Positions 1-11,373 are shown, counted from the first letter of the stretch. The stretch: 64,000 bases of DNA from an uncultured Acidimicrobiaceae bacterium (GCA_963717885.1 CAVQXB010000004.1:399552-463551), one strand, 5' to 3'. Program-made: numbers and translations. Notes: generated by a model not told the origin, from the sequence alone.

Positions 1-474
1 GGATCCGACCCGGCCACCGAGGCCAGGCCGTCCAGGGGCGATCACCGGGCTCACCTCGGGCAGCCAGGTCCGGCGGCACTGGGCCGCCGCCTCCCGGGCC
101 ACCCGGCTCGAGCCGGTCCACGGCCCGTCGGCCCCGCTCCCCCTCCCAGCGCACCACCGAGCGGGCGGTCTGGAGCGGCACGATGCGGTCCACCCCCAGC
201 TCGGTGAGCTTCTGGACCACCCACTCGGGCCGGTCGCCCTTGGTCGGGGCGAAGGCCACGGTGATCTCGGGGCCCGCCCGTGGCTCGTCGGCACAGCGGG
301 CCGTCGGGGACCAGGAGCGCGGCCGGGTCGGCGCTGACGCGAGCTCCGGCCGCCGGCCGCCGGCGCCACCCGGCACGGGGACCAACCACCGGCGCCGTCG
401 GAGGCGACCACCAGCTCGCCGGGCCGGAGGCGCAGGACGTCGAGGAGGTGGTGGGCGTCGGCCTGCGTGAGCAC
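1..474 (-). CDS. rsmE: 16S rRNA methyltransferase RsmE (partial, runs off left edge; frame break near 125)
   Basis: Not in ORF track because it has no stop in the window. My minus-strand translation from GTG at 474 gives VLTQADAHHLLDVLRLRPGELVVASDG. Further on it gives EITVAFAPTKGDRPEWVVQKLTELGVDRIVPLQTARSVVRWEGE and, in a shifted frame, RVAREAAAQCRRTWLPEV. These are RsmE-family motifs. It lies directly downstream of dnaJ, as in hrcA-dnaJ-rsmE operons. Confidence 0.7.
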   Translation of the reverse strand, partial: MLTQADAHHLLDVLRLRPGELVVASDGAGGWSPCRVAPAAGGRSSRQRRPGRAPGPRRPAVPTSHGRAPRSPWPSPRPRATGPSGWSRSSPSWGWTASCRSRPPARWCAGRGSGADGPWTGSSRVAREAAAQCRRTWLPEVSPVIAPGRPGLGGRVGS

Positions 475-577
475 GGGGCGGCGGGTCGGCGACGAAGACC
501 ATGGCCGCCGCCGCCACCAGGACGGGGTCCGGGTCCGGACGGAGGGCCGGTCCCCGGCCCCGTCCACCGCGCCACGG

Positions 578-1716
578 TCAGCTGAGCGCGGAGCGCAGCT
601 TGGAGAAGAGCCCCTCGCCGTGCGGCGCCGCGCCCAGGTCCTCGCCCCGGGCCTCGGCCAGCGAGGCCAGCAGCTCCCGCTGGCCGTCGTCGAGGTCGGT
701 GGGCGTGTCCACCTGGACGTGGACGAAGAGGTCGCCCCGGCCCCGGCCCCGGACCTTGGGCACGCCCAGCCCCTTCAGGGGCAGCACCGTGCCGGTCTGG
801 GTGCCGGCGGCGATGGCCAGGTCCCGGGCGTCGTCCAGGGTGTCGAAGCTCGATGCTCCCGCCCAGCGCGGCCAGGGTCATCGGCACGTGCACGGCGGCG
901 TGGAGGTCGACCCCGGACCGCTCGAAGACCGGGTCGGGCTGGACCGAGAGGTGGACGAAGAGGGCGCCGTTGGGGCCGCCCCGGAAGCCGGCCGGGCCGT
1001 GGCCGGCCAGGCGCAGGGTGGAGCCCTCGTCCACCCCGGCGGGGATGTCGACGGTCAGGGTGCGGGACTCGTTCCGCCGGCCCTCGCCCCGGCAGTCGGT
1101 GCACGGGGACTCGATGAACTGCCCGGTGCCCTGGCAGCGCGGGCAGGGCACGGCGGTGATGACCTGGCCGAGGATCGACTGGCGCACCCGCCGCAGCTCG
1201 CCGGCGCCCTGGCACTCGGGGCAGCGCACCGCGCTGGTGCCCGGCTGGGCCCCCGACCCCTCGCAGGTGTCGCAGTGCACCGGGGTCTGCACGTCGACCT
1301 CCCGCTGGACCCCGAAGACGGCCTCCCGGAAGGTGAGGCGCACGACCATCTCGGCGTCGGGACCCGGCATCGGACCGGTGCGCCGCGATCCGGCCGGCAC
1401 CGCACCCCCCATGCCGTTGAAGAAGGCGTCGAACAGGTCGCCCAGGCCGCCGCCGAACGGGTCCCCGGGGGCGCCGCCGGCACCGGGGCCGAACACCCCT
1501 TCGGTCGCCGAAGCGGTCGTAGCGGGCCCGCCGCTCGGGATCCTTCAGCACCTCGTAGGCCAGGCTGATCTCCTTGAACTGCTCGGCGGTGTCGGAATCC
1601 CCCTGGTTGGCGTCGGGATGGAACTCGCGGGCCTTGGCCCGGTAGGCCCGCTTGAGCTCCTCGTCGGTGGCGTCGCGGCGGACGCCCAGGACCTCGTAGA
1701 GGTCGGCGGTGCTCAC
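578..1716 (-). CDS. dnaJ: Chaperone DnaJ (needs frame changes near 1490 and 790)
   Basis: Three same-strand ORF pieces. 775..1716 is the J domain (DLYEVLGV...EFHPDAN). The middle of 51..1496 has four zinc-finger repeats ([32 protein letters not shown]). 578..787 is the C-terminal domain ([15 protein letters not shown]). Confidence 0.9.
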
Positions 1717-1741
1717 GTCCTGGTCCCCCTTGCTCTCGTCG

Positions 1742-2805
1742 TCATCGTCCGGCCTCGCTCAGCCGCTCGCCCAGGCGGTCCCCCACCACCCGGGCCGCCG
1801 CCAGGGCCAGCGGGTAGTTCATCCGGGTCGGGCCGAGCAGGCCGATGGTGCCGGCCTCCACGCCGTCGACCGACACCGGCATGACCACGATGGCGCACGA
1901 GGCCAGCGGCTCCACCCCGTGCTCGGTCCCGATGGCCACCGTCAGCCCGGTGTCCAGGATGTCGCGCAGCAGGGACACCACCACCAGCTGCTGCTCGAGG
2001 ATGGTGAGCACCGAGCGCACCGTGTCGACGGCGTCGAAGGCCAGCGCCATCCGCGACGACCCGCCCACGAAGAGCTGGTCGGCGCCGTCCGCCTGGCCCA
2101 GGGAGTGCAGCCCGGACAGCCCGGCGGCCACCACGGCGTCGGTGACCGCGTCGCCGGTGCTCGAGGCGACGACGGGGCACCTGGGTCAGGGGCAGGCCGA
2201 GCGAGGGCGGCCAGGCGGGCGGCGGCGTCGGACAGGAGGGCGTCGTCGACGTCGTCGGCGAACTCGATGGACTGCTTCTGGACGGCCCCGTCGGCCAGCA
2301 CCACCACCAGCAGGGCCAGGCGGGGGCCCAGGCCGACCAGCTGGACCGAGCGGACGGCGGCCGACTCGTGCGAGGGGCCGACCACCATCGCCGTGCAGTC
2401 GGTGAGGTCGGCCAGCAGCCCCGAGGTCCGCTCGAGCATCGGCTCGATCTCGCCGTGGGCGTGGTCGAAGAACTGGCGGACCTGCTGGCGGCCGACCGGA
2501 TCGAGGGAGCCCGGGCCGGCCAGGTGGTCGACGAAGAAGCGGTAGCCCTTGTCGGTGGGGATCCGGCCGGCGCTGGTGTGGGGCTGGGCGAGGAAGCCGT
2601 CCCGCTCCAGGGCGGCCATGTCCGAGCGCACGGTGGCCGACGACACGCTGACGCCGGGGGCGTCGACCACGTGCTGGGAGCCCACCGGCTGGGCCGAGCC
2701 GATGTACTCGGTGACCACGGCGTTGAGGATGGCCGCCTTGCGGGCGTCGAGATCCCCGTGGTCGGCGGAGCTGGCCGTCGGTGCGGCTGTCGTCGGTGGT
2801 CGGCA
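1742..2805 (-). CDS. hrcA: Heat-inducible repressor HrcA (frame change near 2190; start approximate)
   Basis: Piece 1942..2904 contains [29 protein letters not shown]...[15 protein letters not shown]. Piece 1742..2134 contains the C-terminus ...[29 protein letters not shown] operator lies just upstream. Confidence 0.85.
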
Positions 2806-2871
2806 TGGGGTCTCGCACCACGTCAGAACCGGGCGGCCGTGGGAAGCGGCCAGGTCCGGGTTCGCTTCGTG

Positions 2872-2898
2872 TTGGCACTCCACTCTAGTGAGTGCTGA
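2872..2898. promoter_or_regulatory. CIRCE operator (HrcA binding site)
   Basis: The sequence is TTGGCACTC-N9-GAGTGCTGA. The consensus is TTAGCACTC-N9-GAGTGCTAA. It sits upstream of the hrcA-dnaJ operon. Confidence 0.85.
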
Positions 2899-2967
2899 CC
2901 GCATCCGGCCGGTCAGGCCCCGGGCCGACTGCGGCTCCGGGCCTGCCCGCCGGGGTCGGGGCCCGGA

Positions 2968-3626
2968 TCAGGCCGGGGCGACGAACATCCGCTCGGTCAT
3001 GGCCGGACCGAGGGCGATGGTGTCGTCCCCGACCACCAGGGTCAGGGTGCCGTCGGGGGCCCGGGACTGGATGACGGCGGTGGTCCCCGGGGTCAGGCCG
3101 TGGTCGCCGAGGTAGGAGAGGGAGTCGGACTCGTGCTCGACGCTCTCGGTGATCCGCTCCAGGCGGATGCGGTCGCCGGGCTGGGCCTCGGCCAGGCGGC
3201 GCTGCTCGGGCCCGACGGGATCGACCCGGGGATCGGGTTGCCGTGGGGGCAGGTGGTGGGATTGCCCAGCAGCACCACCAGGCGCTCCTCGACGTCGTCG
3301 GAGATCACGTGCTCCCACCGCCCGGCCTCGACGTGGGCCTTGTCCCAGTCGAGGCCGATGATGTCCACCAGCAGGCGCTCGGCCAGGCGGTGCTTGCGCA
3401 CCACGCCCTCGGCCAGGGCCGTGCCCTTCTGGGTCATGGCGATCTGCCGGGCGCTGCGGACGATCAGATCGTCGGCCTCGAGGCGGTCGAGCATCTCCGA
3501 CACCGAGGGGGCCGCCTTGCCCAGCCGCTCGGCCAGGCGGGCCTGGATCACCGGGATCCCCTCCTCCTCGAGGGCGAAGATGGTCTCGAGGTACTCCTCG
3601 ACCGGCGGGATGGAAGCGGTCAAGCA
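2968..3626 (-). CDS. DtxR/IdeR/MntR-family metal-dependent regulator (frame change near 3235; TTG start assumed)
   Basis: The tail of ORF 3093..4823 has PPVEEYLETIFALEEEGIPVIQARLAERLGKAAPSVSEMLDRL...RKHRLAERLLVDIIGLDW...CPHGNPIPG. The tail of ORF 2968..3708 has the FeoA/SH3-like C-terminus AEAQPGDRIRLERITE...LTLVVGDDTIALGPAMTERMFV. Confidence 0.8.
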
Positions 3627-3719
3627 CAGGGCCGATCCTAGGGCACCGGGACCGGAACGATTCCGGCCGCAGGCGCCGACGCATCGGTCCGGACGGCGAG
3701 TTCGCCACCCGGGAGTACC

Positions 3720-4301
3720 GTGGAGTCGTGGACGACAGCCCGGGACCGGCCGATGACGGGAGATGATGACAGGGACCACCGGGGTGAGTCGGTCGACCCG
3801 CCGGTGCCGGCCGAGCCGGGGGAGCATCGGCAGGCCGACGCCCGGGACGGTGTGACTGCCGACGGCCGGGACGGCGTGACTGCCGACGGCCGGGACGGTG
3901 TGACTGCCGACGGGGAGGCGGCCGTGGCCGACGGCCGGGATGCCGGGCGGGATCCGCTGCGCTTCAACAGTTGGCGGCAACGCTCCGCGACCGGGGCGGT
4001 CATGACCGGCATCGCCATGGGCCTGCAACAGGCACTGGAGCTGCCCCGGCAGGAGCCGGCCTTCGTGATCGAGGCGTCCGGGGAGCCCGAAGACCCCGAC
4101 CGCCCGATCGACCTCCGGTTCGATCCGGACAGTCCGGCCGACACCGTGGCCATCATCCGCCGGCCACGGCGCGACGGACCCGACCGAGGACCGCTCACCC
4201 CCCTCGTGAGGAGGCCGGCGCGGCGGGGCCAGCGGTCCCGGGCCAGGGAGCCGGCCCGCCAGAGTGCGCCGTCCACCAGCAGGACCACCCCGGCTCCGTA
4301 G
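3720..4301 (+). CDS. Hypothetical acidic protein containing 3x DGVTADGR repeat
   Basis: ORF-track 193 aa. Third-codon positions are strongly G/C in this frame. The C-terminal half (GIAMGLQQALELPRQEPAFVIEASGEPEDPDRPIDLRFDPDSPADTVAIIRRP) looks protein-like. Its 3' end overlaps the convergent PAP2 ORF, so the ends are uncertain. Confidence 0.4.
   Translation: MESWTTARDRPMTGDDDRDHRGESVDPPVPAEPGEHRQADARDGVTADGRDGVTADGRDGVTADGEAAVADGRDAGRDPLRFNSWRQRSATGAVMTGIAMGLQQALELPRQEPAFVIEASGEPEDPDRPIDLRFDPDSPADTVAIIRRPRRDGPDRGPLTPLVRRPARRGQRSRAREPARQSAPSTSRTTPAP
3844..3915 (+). repeat. Tandem repeat, 3 x 24 bp (GGGACGGYGTGACTGCCGACGGSS)
   Basis: Read directly: gggacggtgtgactgccgacggcc / gggacggcgtgactgccgacggcc / gggacggtgtgactgccgacgggg. 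It is in frame with ORF 3720..4301. Confidence 0.9.
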
Positions 4302-4903
4302 GCCGTGCCGCCCATGGCATCGGTCGGGTAGTGCCACTGGAGGGCGATCACCGCAACACCCATCCACAGCACGTAGGCCGTTCCGACGACGAGGGTGATC
4401 GGGCGCCAGCGTCCCGGCACGGCCAACACCAGCGCGGCGGCCAGAGCGGCGGCACCGACCGTCGAGCCCGACGGGTAGGACAGTCCGGCGCCGATATGCC
4501 TCCCGACCAGTGGCTTGGCCGCCAGCTCGCAGGTGGCCAGGGCCAGGGGGGGTCCGAGCAGGCAGGCCAGGGAACGGAGGCGGTCCCTCGGGAAGGCCAC
4601 GGCTGCCGCCACCAGCGAGCCGGCCATGACGACCTGCGGGTAGCGCAGCGAGGTGACCCCGGTGAGGGCGGCGTTGCGGGTCGGGCCCACCACATCGAGG
4701 ACCCACTGGTCCACCACGATGGCCGACGGATGGTAGGCAAACAGGATCCCGCCGAGCACCGCCGCCACCACCAGTCCCAACCCGACCCGGGTCTCGAGCC
4801 ACGCCTCGCGCTCCCGGCGCCACGTCGACGAGGGGCGAGGGTCGGCCGGCGGCCCGGTGTCGGCCGCACCCTGCCGGGCCGCGACCCGGTCCATCGGAGG
4901 CAT
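4240..4903 (-). CDS. PAP2-family membrane phosphatase (3' end uncertain)
   Basis: ORF 3638..4933 has multiple TM helices plus PAP2-like motifs: KPLVGRH, SYPSGST and LQWHYPTDAMGG. The ORF tail beyond about 4240 is low-complexity read-through antisense to ORF 3720..4301. Confidence 0.65.
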
Positions 4904-5195
4904 CCCGAAGAGGTTACCGGCGTAGGCCCTCACCGATGCCGCACCGGGGCGGTCGGACGGCGGGCATCGTTGCCCAACGGTGGGGGTGCCGGTAGAATCG
5001 AGGGGCCGAGCCGATCATGGCGCGCTCCGCGACGGGACGGGACGGAGACCGTTCGTCGACCGGTCGGCCCTTCCCTCCCCCAGCCGGTCGAGGCCGACGT
5101 GTCACCGATCGTGACCTGGTGGTCGGGCCGAGATGCGATACGAGGCGCGGTCAAGGCACTCCGGTGCCGCGACGTCCACGACACGAGGAGACCCG

Positions 5196-7047
5196 TTGAC
5201 TGAGCACCCCGGGAGCACCGAGGCCGAGGCCACCGCGCTGTGGTTCGGTCCCGACGACCGGCCCTTGTTCGGGTGGCTCCATCTGCCCGTCGGCCGCCCG
5301 GTCACCGGTGGAGTGGTGCTCTGTCAGCCTCTGGGCATCGAGGCCATCTGCGTCTACTACTCCTACCGGCTGCTGGCCGACGAGTTGGCCGCCCGCGGCC
5401 TGGCGGTGCTCCGCTTCGACTACGACGGCACCGGCGATTCGGCCGGCCACGAGACCGACCCCGACCGGGTCGAGGAGTGGCTGGCCAGCGTGGGCACGGC
5501 CAGCGAGGCCCTCCTCGCCACGGGCGTCACCCGCTTGGGGCTGGTGGGACTCCGGATCGGTGGCCTCTTCGCCGCCCACGAGGCGGTCCGGCGGGGCGGG
5601 GTCGACGCCCTGGTCCTGTGGGACGCCTGCCTGTCGGGCAACGCCTTCCTCCGGGAGCAGCGCTTCCTCCGTCTGCTCAGCGCCGGCGGCGCGTCCGACC
5701 ACGGCGACCCGGCCGGCGACCGCGACGCCCGCGGATGTGGACCTGGCCGTGGAAGCCCCGGGGCTGCGCTTCGAGGCCGAGACGGTGACGGCTCTCGCCG
5801 ATCTGGACCTGACCCGCACCGACGGGCCGCTGGCGGCGCGGACACTCGTGCTGACCCCGCCCGACCTGTCGAGGCCCCGGCGGCTCCAGCGCCGCCTCGA
5901 GGGACACCAGGTGGACTGGCAGGAGGCCACCGGTCAGGACCGCCTCCTCGACTCCCGCCTGCAGGAACCACCCCTCGACGCCATCGGGCGTACGGCCGAC
6001 TGGCTGGCGCAGGCCCTCGACGGCGATCCGGTGACCGCCACCCTGCCCCCTGGGGCTCCCACCACCGTGGTCGGGACCCGGTCCGGCCGTACGGTGGTGG
6101 AGCGGACCGTGCGCCTCGGGTCCCTCGGCCTCTTCGGGATCGTCACCGAGCCGGACCACGGCGTCACCGGGCCGACCATCGTCCTGGTGGACGAGGGGAA
6201 CACCCATCACATCGGCCAGGCGAGGATCTGGGTCGACCTGGCCCGACGGCTGGCCCCCGCCGGGCTGCGAGTGCTCCGCTTCGACCTGAGCGGCAACGGG
6301 GACAGCGGTGCCCGTCCCGGACAGCGGACGCACGTGGCCCGAGCACCGGAGGCCATCGGTGACGTGTACGAGGCGATGCGCGGCATCTCCCCCGAGGATC
6401 CCTCCGATGTGGTCCTGGTGGGCTTCTGCTCCGGGGCCTACCAGGTCGCCGAGCAGGCCCTGGTCCATCCTCCGACCGGGATCTGCGTCATCAACCCCTC
6501 CTTCTCGTTCCTGCCTCCCGAGCCCACCGGGACCTCGACGCGTCTCGCCCGTCAGATCACCCGCCGCTGGTTCGTGCGTCTGGTCGGGGCGCCGCTGCGC
6601 CGGCTGGCGCGAGACCGCAGCTCGGTGGAGCTGGACCGATGGATGAAGGCCCTCGAGGTCGGGACCTGGCCGGTGGCTCTGGCCAAGCGCCACCCCGGCA
6701 TCCCCTCGGCCGTGTGGTGGACGGTGAACCGCACCCTGCTGGAGAACCCCGGTATCGGGACGCTCGAGCGAATCGTGGACCAGGGGGTGGACACCCTGTT
6801 GGTGTGCGGCCCCGGCGACTTCCTCCCGGTGTCCCTCGGCTCGGAGGGGCGTATCCGGAGGCTGCGGACTTCCAGGGACTTCCACCTCGAGCTGCTCGAC
6901 GAGTTGGACCACGCCTCGTGGGTGCAGCGGCAGCGCCAGCGTCTGATCGATGTGGTCGAGGGCTACCTGGTCGCCCGCTACGGCAGCGCCGGGACCGGAG
7001 AGGGTCCGAGCCCCTACCGGGCCACGGCCACCTCCCTGGCCCGGTAG
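5196..7047 (+). CDS. Two-lobed alpha/beta-hydrolase-fold protein (frame change near 5700)
   Basis: ORF 5133..6362 has the N-terminal lobe (VVLCQPLGIEAI...LRFDYDGTGDSAG...LVGLRIGG). ORF 5308..7047 has the second lobe (IVLVDEGNTHHIG...LRFDLSGNGDSG...LVGFCSGA). A likely TTG start at 5196 is preceded by GAGGAG. Confidence 0.7.
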
Positions 7048-7064
7048 GGGCGTCCCTCCGGCCG

Positions 7065-8205
7065 CTACCCCGGCTTGGTGGCGGCCCGGTCCAGGACAGC
7101 CAGGAACCTGGCGGCCTGGGTGGTCCAGGTCGCCGGGTCGCCGTGGACCGGCCCTGGACCGGGCGCCATCGGCGGCCGGTCCAGGGCCTCCAGCACCGCC
7201 TCGGTGAAGGACTCCCGGTCGGCCACCACGATGGGCGGGTCCAGGTCCCGGAAGCCGGCCACCGGAGTGGCCACGGCCGGACGACCCACGGCCAGGAACT
7301 CCCGGGCCTTCATGGGGTCGAGGCTCTCGATGAACGGCGTGGTCTGGTGCGGGACCACCTGGACGTCGGCGTGCTGGAGGTAGCCCGGCATCTCGGTGTA
7401 GGGGCGACGGCCGAGGATCAGGGCCCCCGCCTCCACCAGCGCCTGGCCTCGACCTCTCCGGGCAGGCTGTTCGGCCCGACGAACACCAGCGTCGCCCGTC
7501 CCGCCACGGCCCGGGCCAGCGTGGCGCAGAGCCCGATGTCGAGCCGGCCGGCGCTCAGGGTGCCCTGGTAGAGCACGATCCGTCCCGCCGGCAGGTCGCC
7601 GGGGCGCTCGGTAGGGGCCCGCAGTGCGTCGAGGTCGACCCCGTTGGGGATGAGGTGGACGGGACGGTGATCGGCCCCGACTCTCGGCCAGGGCGGGCGA
7701 GCACACCACGACCTCGGAGGCCTCCTCGCAGCAGGTGGGCGTCGTTGCGCTGCTGACGCTCCATCTCACGGGGCGCCCCCCGGGCCAGGAGCCAGTCGTC
7801 GGTCACGTCGTAGACGGCTCGGCCACCCGGTGCGGCGCGAGCAGGGGGGCATAGGTGCTGTCGTTGATCCACAGGACCGGATGGTCGAAGCCCAGCCGTC
7901 GGCCGGCGCCCACCACCTGACGGAACAGGGAGTGGTCCCCCCTCGGCCAGAGGCTTCGGGGCAGCCATTTGCGGGGCGTCACGGTCCACAGCCGGCCGGA
8001 TTCGCCCACCGGCCGGAGCGGCGACAGCTCGGGGAGCCGGCCCTTGCGCAGGGACCACGCCACATCCACCGGGTTCCCCACGAAGAGGAGGCGCAGGGAT
8101 CGGGCCGGAGGTCGAGCAGCGGGTGGCCATGTGCTGGTTACGGCGCCAGACCTCGTCCCAGGGCTCGAGGGACAGGCAGACGACGTCGAAGGGGTCAGAC
8201 GGCAA
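7065..8205 (-). CDS. Glycosyltransferase, GT1/GT4-like (at least 3 frame changes)
   Basis: The N-terminus is DVVCLSLEPWDEVWRRNQHMA (7555..8205). The middle is FDHPVLWINDSTYAPLL (7803..8081). The C-terminus is ILGRRPYTEMPGYLQHADVQVVPH...FIESLDPMKAREFLAVGRPAVATPV (7065..7769). Confidence 0.7.
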
Positions 8206-8429
8206 CGCTCATCTCCTCGCCACGCTCCTCGGCCCCCGGAGCCTCACCGTCGGCGAATGACGGATCGGTGAGCGCACCGGGGAGCATGGTATTGCATGAC
8301 TCGACGCCGGACGTCGACCGGCGGGGCGACCGGTGCGGGAGGATAACGTGGCCCATTCCCACTCCCCCCCCGTGCATCGTCGCCGACCGGGCCCGCCCGC
8401 CGGGGGCCGGAAGCGAGCACGTCCTCTCG

Positions 8430-9481
8430 ATGAGCCCGCGCCTGGCTCTGGCCACCGTGGCGGTCGACCAACCCATGGGCCAGCAGGTCTACGAGCACGA
8501 ACTGGCCGGCCGGGCCTGCGGCCGAGCTCGGAGAGCGGTGGCAGGTGGAGCCGGTCACGGTGAGGACCCTCCGGTCCCCACTGCCCGGGACGGTGCGCAT
8601 CCCGTCGCGGTGGATGGCCGGCGCCTCCCCGGTCCTTCGTCGGGCCGCGGGGGCTGGCCATCTACCGCGGCCACGATGTGGTCCACCGCATGGACCTTCG
8701 CCTGCCCCCCGCCCCCCGGCCCGAAGTCCTGACGGTCCACGACGTGGTGTCGTGGCGGTTCCCCGACGAGGCCGTGCCGCCGAGCGACGCCGCCGCCAGC
8801 GCTCGCCGGGCGGTGGCGGTGGTGTGTCCCTCCCAGTTCTCGGCGGACGAGGTGAGCGCCCAGTTGGGCGTGACCACGGCCGTGGCCATTCCCAACGGCG
8901 TCGACCCGGCCTTCTTCGAGGTCGGGCCGCTCCCGGCCGAGCAGCTGGCCGGGCTCGGGATCCGGCCGCCCTTCGTGCTCCACGCCGGGGGCTGCACCCA
9001 GCGGAAGAACCTGGCCGGGCTGGCCGGAGCCTGGCCCATGGTCCGCTCGATCCACCGCGACGCCACGCTCGTACTGATGGGTCCGGTCGATCCCCGTCGC
9101 AACCGGCTGTTCGAGCCACTCCCCGGCACCCTCCTCCTCGGCCGGGTCGACGACGCCACCGCCCGGGGGGTGATGGCCGCCTGCTCGACCGTGGTCGTTC
9201 CGTCGGTCTACGAGGGCTTCGGGCTTCCGGCCCTCGAGGGCATGGCGGTCGGTGTGCCGGTGGTGGCCGCCCGGCGCGGATCCCTGCCCGAGGTCTGCGG
9301 TGACGCCGCCTACCTGGTGGAGCCGGATGCCGACAGCCTGGCCGACGGACTGGTGGCGGCCCTGGCCGGCGGACCCGATGCTCGGGCCGGTGTCGAACGG
9401 GGTCGACGGCGGGCCGCCGGGTTCACCTGGGAGGCCAGCGTCTCCGCCCATGCCGCCCTGTGGCGTAGCTACGCCGAGTGA
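8430..9481 (+). CDS. Glycosyltransferase family 4 (about 2 frame changes in N-terminal third)
   Basis: The N-terminus MSPRLALATVAVDQPMGQQVYEHELAGRA lies in the frame of 7830..8732. ORF 8678..9481 has the GT4 C-domain (PFVLHAGGCTQRKN...VVVPSVYEGFGLPALEGMAVGVPVVAARRGSLPEV). Confidence 0.75.
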
Positions 9482-10494
9482 GGGTTCCGATCGGCCGCCT
9501 GCAGGCGTAGGCCGTCGGCCACCCCGCTGACCGACGCCATGGCCACCGCCGACGTGCGCAGCACGGCTGCACCGGCGGCATGGCACGCACCGGCGAGCTC
9601 ACCCCGCTGCGCCCGGTCCCGGGCCCGGCGGAGCCGCACCGCCGCGTCGCGTCGGGAGGTGCGCCACGACGCGGCCGCGAACCGGCGCACGATCGGGTCG
9701 GTGATCCCGAAGATCCGGATCAGGAGGATCAGATGGTTCTTCTGGGCCCAGTACGAGTAGCGCAGGTCGAACCGCTCGCCCTTGGCATAGGGGGCGGCGA
9801 CGTGCTCGACCACGGCGTCGGGGGTGTAGAGCAGGCGGTAGCCCGCCTGCTGGACCCGCAGGCAAAGATCGGTCTCCTCGCGGATACAGGTCCCGGCATA
9901 TCCGTCCCGGACGCCACCGAGCTGGTCGAGGACCGAGCGGCGGAAGGCCATGTTGGCTCCGAGCAGGTGGTCGACGTCGACGACCCGCCCGGGGTCGGCG
10001 GCGAAGTGGCCGGTCAGGGTGCCGTCATCGAGGAGCCGGCCGATGGCTTCGAGCCCTTCGGTGAGCTCCCCGGGCTGCCGGCGGATCTGCCGCCCACCCA
10101 CCGCCCCGACCGTCGGGTCATCGAACAGTGGCAGCAACGTCTCGAGCCAGTCCGGCTCGGCGAAGGCGTCGTCGTCGATGAAGGCCAGGATCTCGCCGGA
10201 TGCCATCCGGTAGCTGATGTTGCGCGCCGTGCCGGTGGCTCCCCGGCCGGCTGGGCACACCGCGTAGGTCACCGAGGGGAACCGGGTCCGGACCAGACGC
10301 TCGGTGTCGCGGGTGGTCGAGGAGTCCACCACGATGATCTCGCAGGGAGGGCGGGTCTGGGCCTGCAGCTGGCGGAGGCAGCGTTCGACGAACGTCGGTC
10401 GCTCGTAGGTGACCACGGCCACCGAGGCGGTGGGCGGGTTCACCCTTCGACCGCGGGCCCCGGACATTCGGGTCGATGGTTCGGTTCGGTTCAT
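9469..10494 (-). CDS. Glycosyltransferase family 2
   Basis: Intact 341-aa ORF. Motifs are VAVVTYERPTFVERCL, IIVVDSSTT and FIDDDAFAEPDW (DxD). Confidence 0.85.
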   Translation of the reverse strand: MNRTEPSTRMSGARGRRVNPPTASVAVVTYERPTFVERCLRQLQAQTRPPCEIIVVDSSTTRDTERLVRTRFPSVTYAVCPAGRGATGTARNISYRMASGEILAFIDDDAFAEPDWLETLLPLFDDPTVGAVGGRQIRRQPGELTEGLEAIGRLLDDGTLTGHFAADPGRVVDVDHLLGANMAFRRSVLDQLGGVRDGYAGTCIREETDLCLRVQQAGYRLLYTPDAVVEHVAAPYAKGERFDLRYSYWAQKNHLILLIRIFGITDPIVRRFAAASWRTSRRDAAVRLRRARDRAQRGELAGACHAAGAAVLRTSAVAMASVSGVADGLRLQAADRNPHSA

Positions 10495-10545
10495 GGCTCC
10501 TCCAGCGGAACGGGCCGGTGCCGGGCCGGCCCGCCTCCGCCACGG

Positions 10546-11367
10546 TCAGATCAGATCGGCGAAGCTGCGCTCCATCTGCTCGAAGACGACGCCGCCGGCG
10601 AGGAACACCGTCACGGGGACCACGATCGACAGGGCGATCTCCCAGAGGGGCGGGGCCGGTTGGTGGAGGAACGACCATTGGAACTCCTGGAGCAGCCAGG
10701 TCAGAGGATTGATGTCGTAGATGACCCGGTACTTGGCCGGCACGTTGGAGATGGAGTAGGCGATGGGGCTGGCGTAGAGGAGGAACTGCAGCATGAACGG
10801 CACGAAGTAGCTGACGTCGCGGTAGCGGACGGTCAGGGCCGAGGTCACCAGGCCGACGCCGCTGGCCAACAGGATGATCATCAGCGCCCAGACGGGGCTG
10901 AGCACCACCGCCGTCCCGGGATTGATCCCGTAGATGACGCAGCAGGACGACGAGGAAGGCCGTCGACACGATGAAGTCGACGATGCAGGAGTAGACGGTG
11001 GCGAGCGGCACCAGCATCCGGGGGAAGAAGACCTTGGACACCAGGTCGCGGTTGGAGACCAGCGACCCCTGGGCCCGGCCGATGATCCCGCTGAACAGGT
11101 TCCAGGCCAGCAGCCCGACGAAGCTGAAGACCAGGTAGGGGACCCCGCCGCTGGACAGCTTGGCCACCCGACCGAAGACCAGGGCGAAGACCAGGGCGGT
11201 GAGCAGCGGCTGCAGGACCACCCACGACCACGCCGAGCAGGGTCTGGCGGTAGCGGAGGGTGACGTCCCGGGCGCCGAATCGGTACGAGGACCTCGCGGG
11301 CCTCCCACAGCTCGGAGACCTTGGGGAGCGAGAACCGGCGGGGCGGCGTGATGACGATGGTGGACAC
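10546..11367 (-). CDS. ABC-2 type polysaccharide export permease (Wzm/TagG-like; 2-3 frame changes)
   Basis: ORF 10546..11367 has the C-terminal part (LTVRYRDVSYFVPFMLQFLLYASPIAYS...INPLTWLL). The frame of 10118..13666 supplies RYRQTLLGVVWVVLQPLLTALVFALVFGRVAKL...NRDLVSKVFFPRMLVPLA. Confidence 0.8.
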   Translation of the reverse strand: MSTIVITPPRRFSLPKVSELWEAREVLVPIRRPGRHPPLPPDPARRGRGWSCSRCSPPWSSPWSSVGWPSCPAAGSPTWSSASSGCWPGTCSAGSSAGPRGRWSPTATWCPRSSSPGCWCRSPPSTPASSTSSCRRPSSSSCCVIYGINPGTAVVLSPVWALMIILLASGVGLVTSALTVRYRDVSYFVPFMLQFLLYASPIAYSISNVPAKYRVIYDINPLTWLLQEFQWSFLHQPAPPLWEIALSIVVPVTVFLAGGVVFEQMERSFADLI

Positions 11368-11373
11368 GGGTCC

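Noticed and set aside
1-6. GGATCC (BamHI/Sau3AI-compatible site) at the very first bases, as evidence of a cloned insert boundary.
   Set aside because: It is plausible, and consistent with error-prone clone sequencing. But a single 6-mer at a window edge is not evidence by itself. It is mentioned only as context.
3844-3915. The 24-bp tandem repeat as a possible CRISPR array or regulatory iteron.
   Set aside because: There are only three directly abutting copies with no spacers. They are in frame within an ORF with coding-type third-position bias. There are no cas genes in the window.
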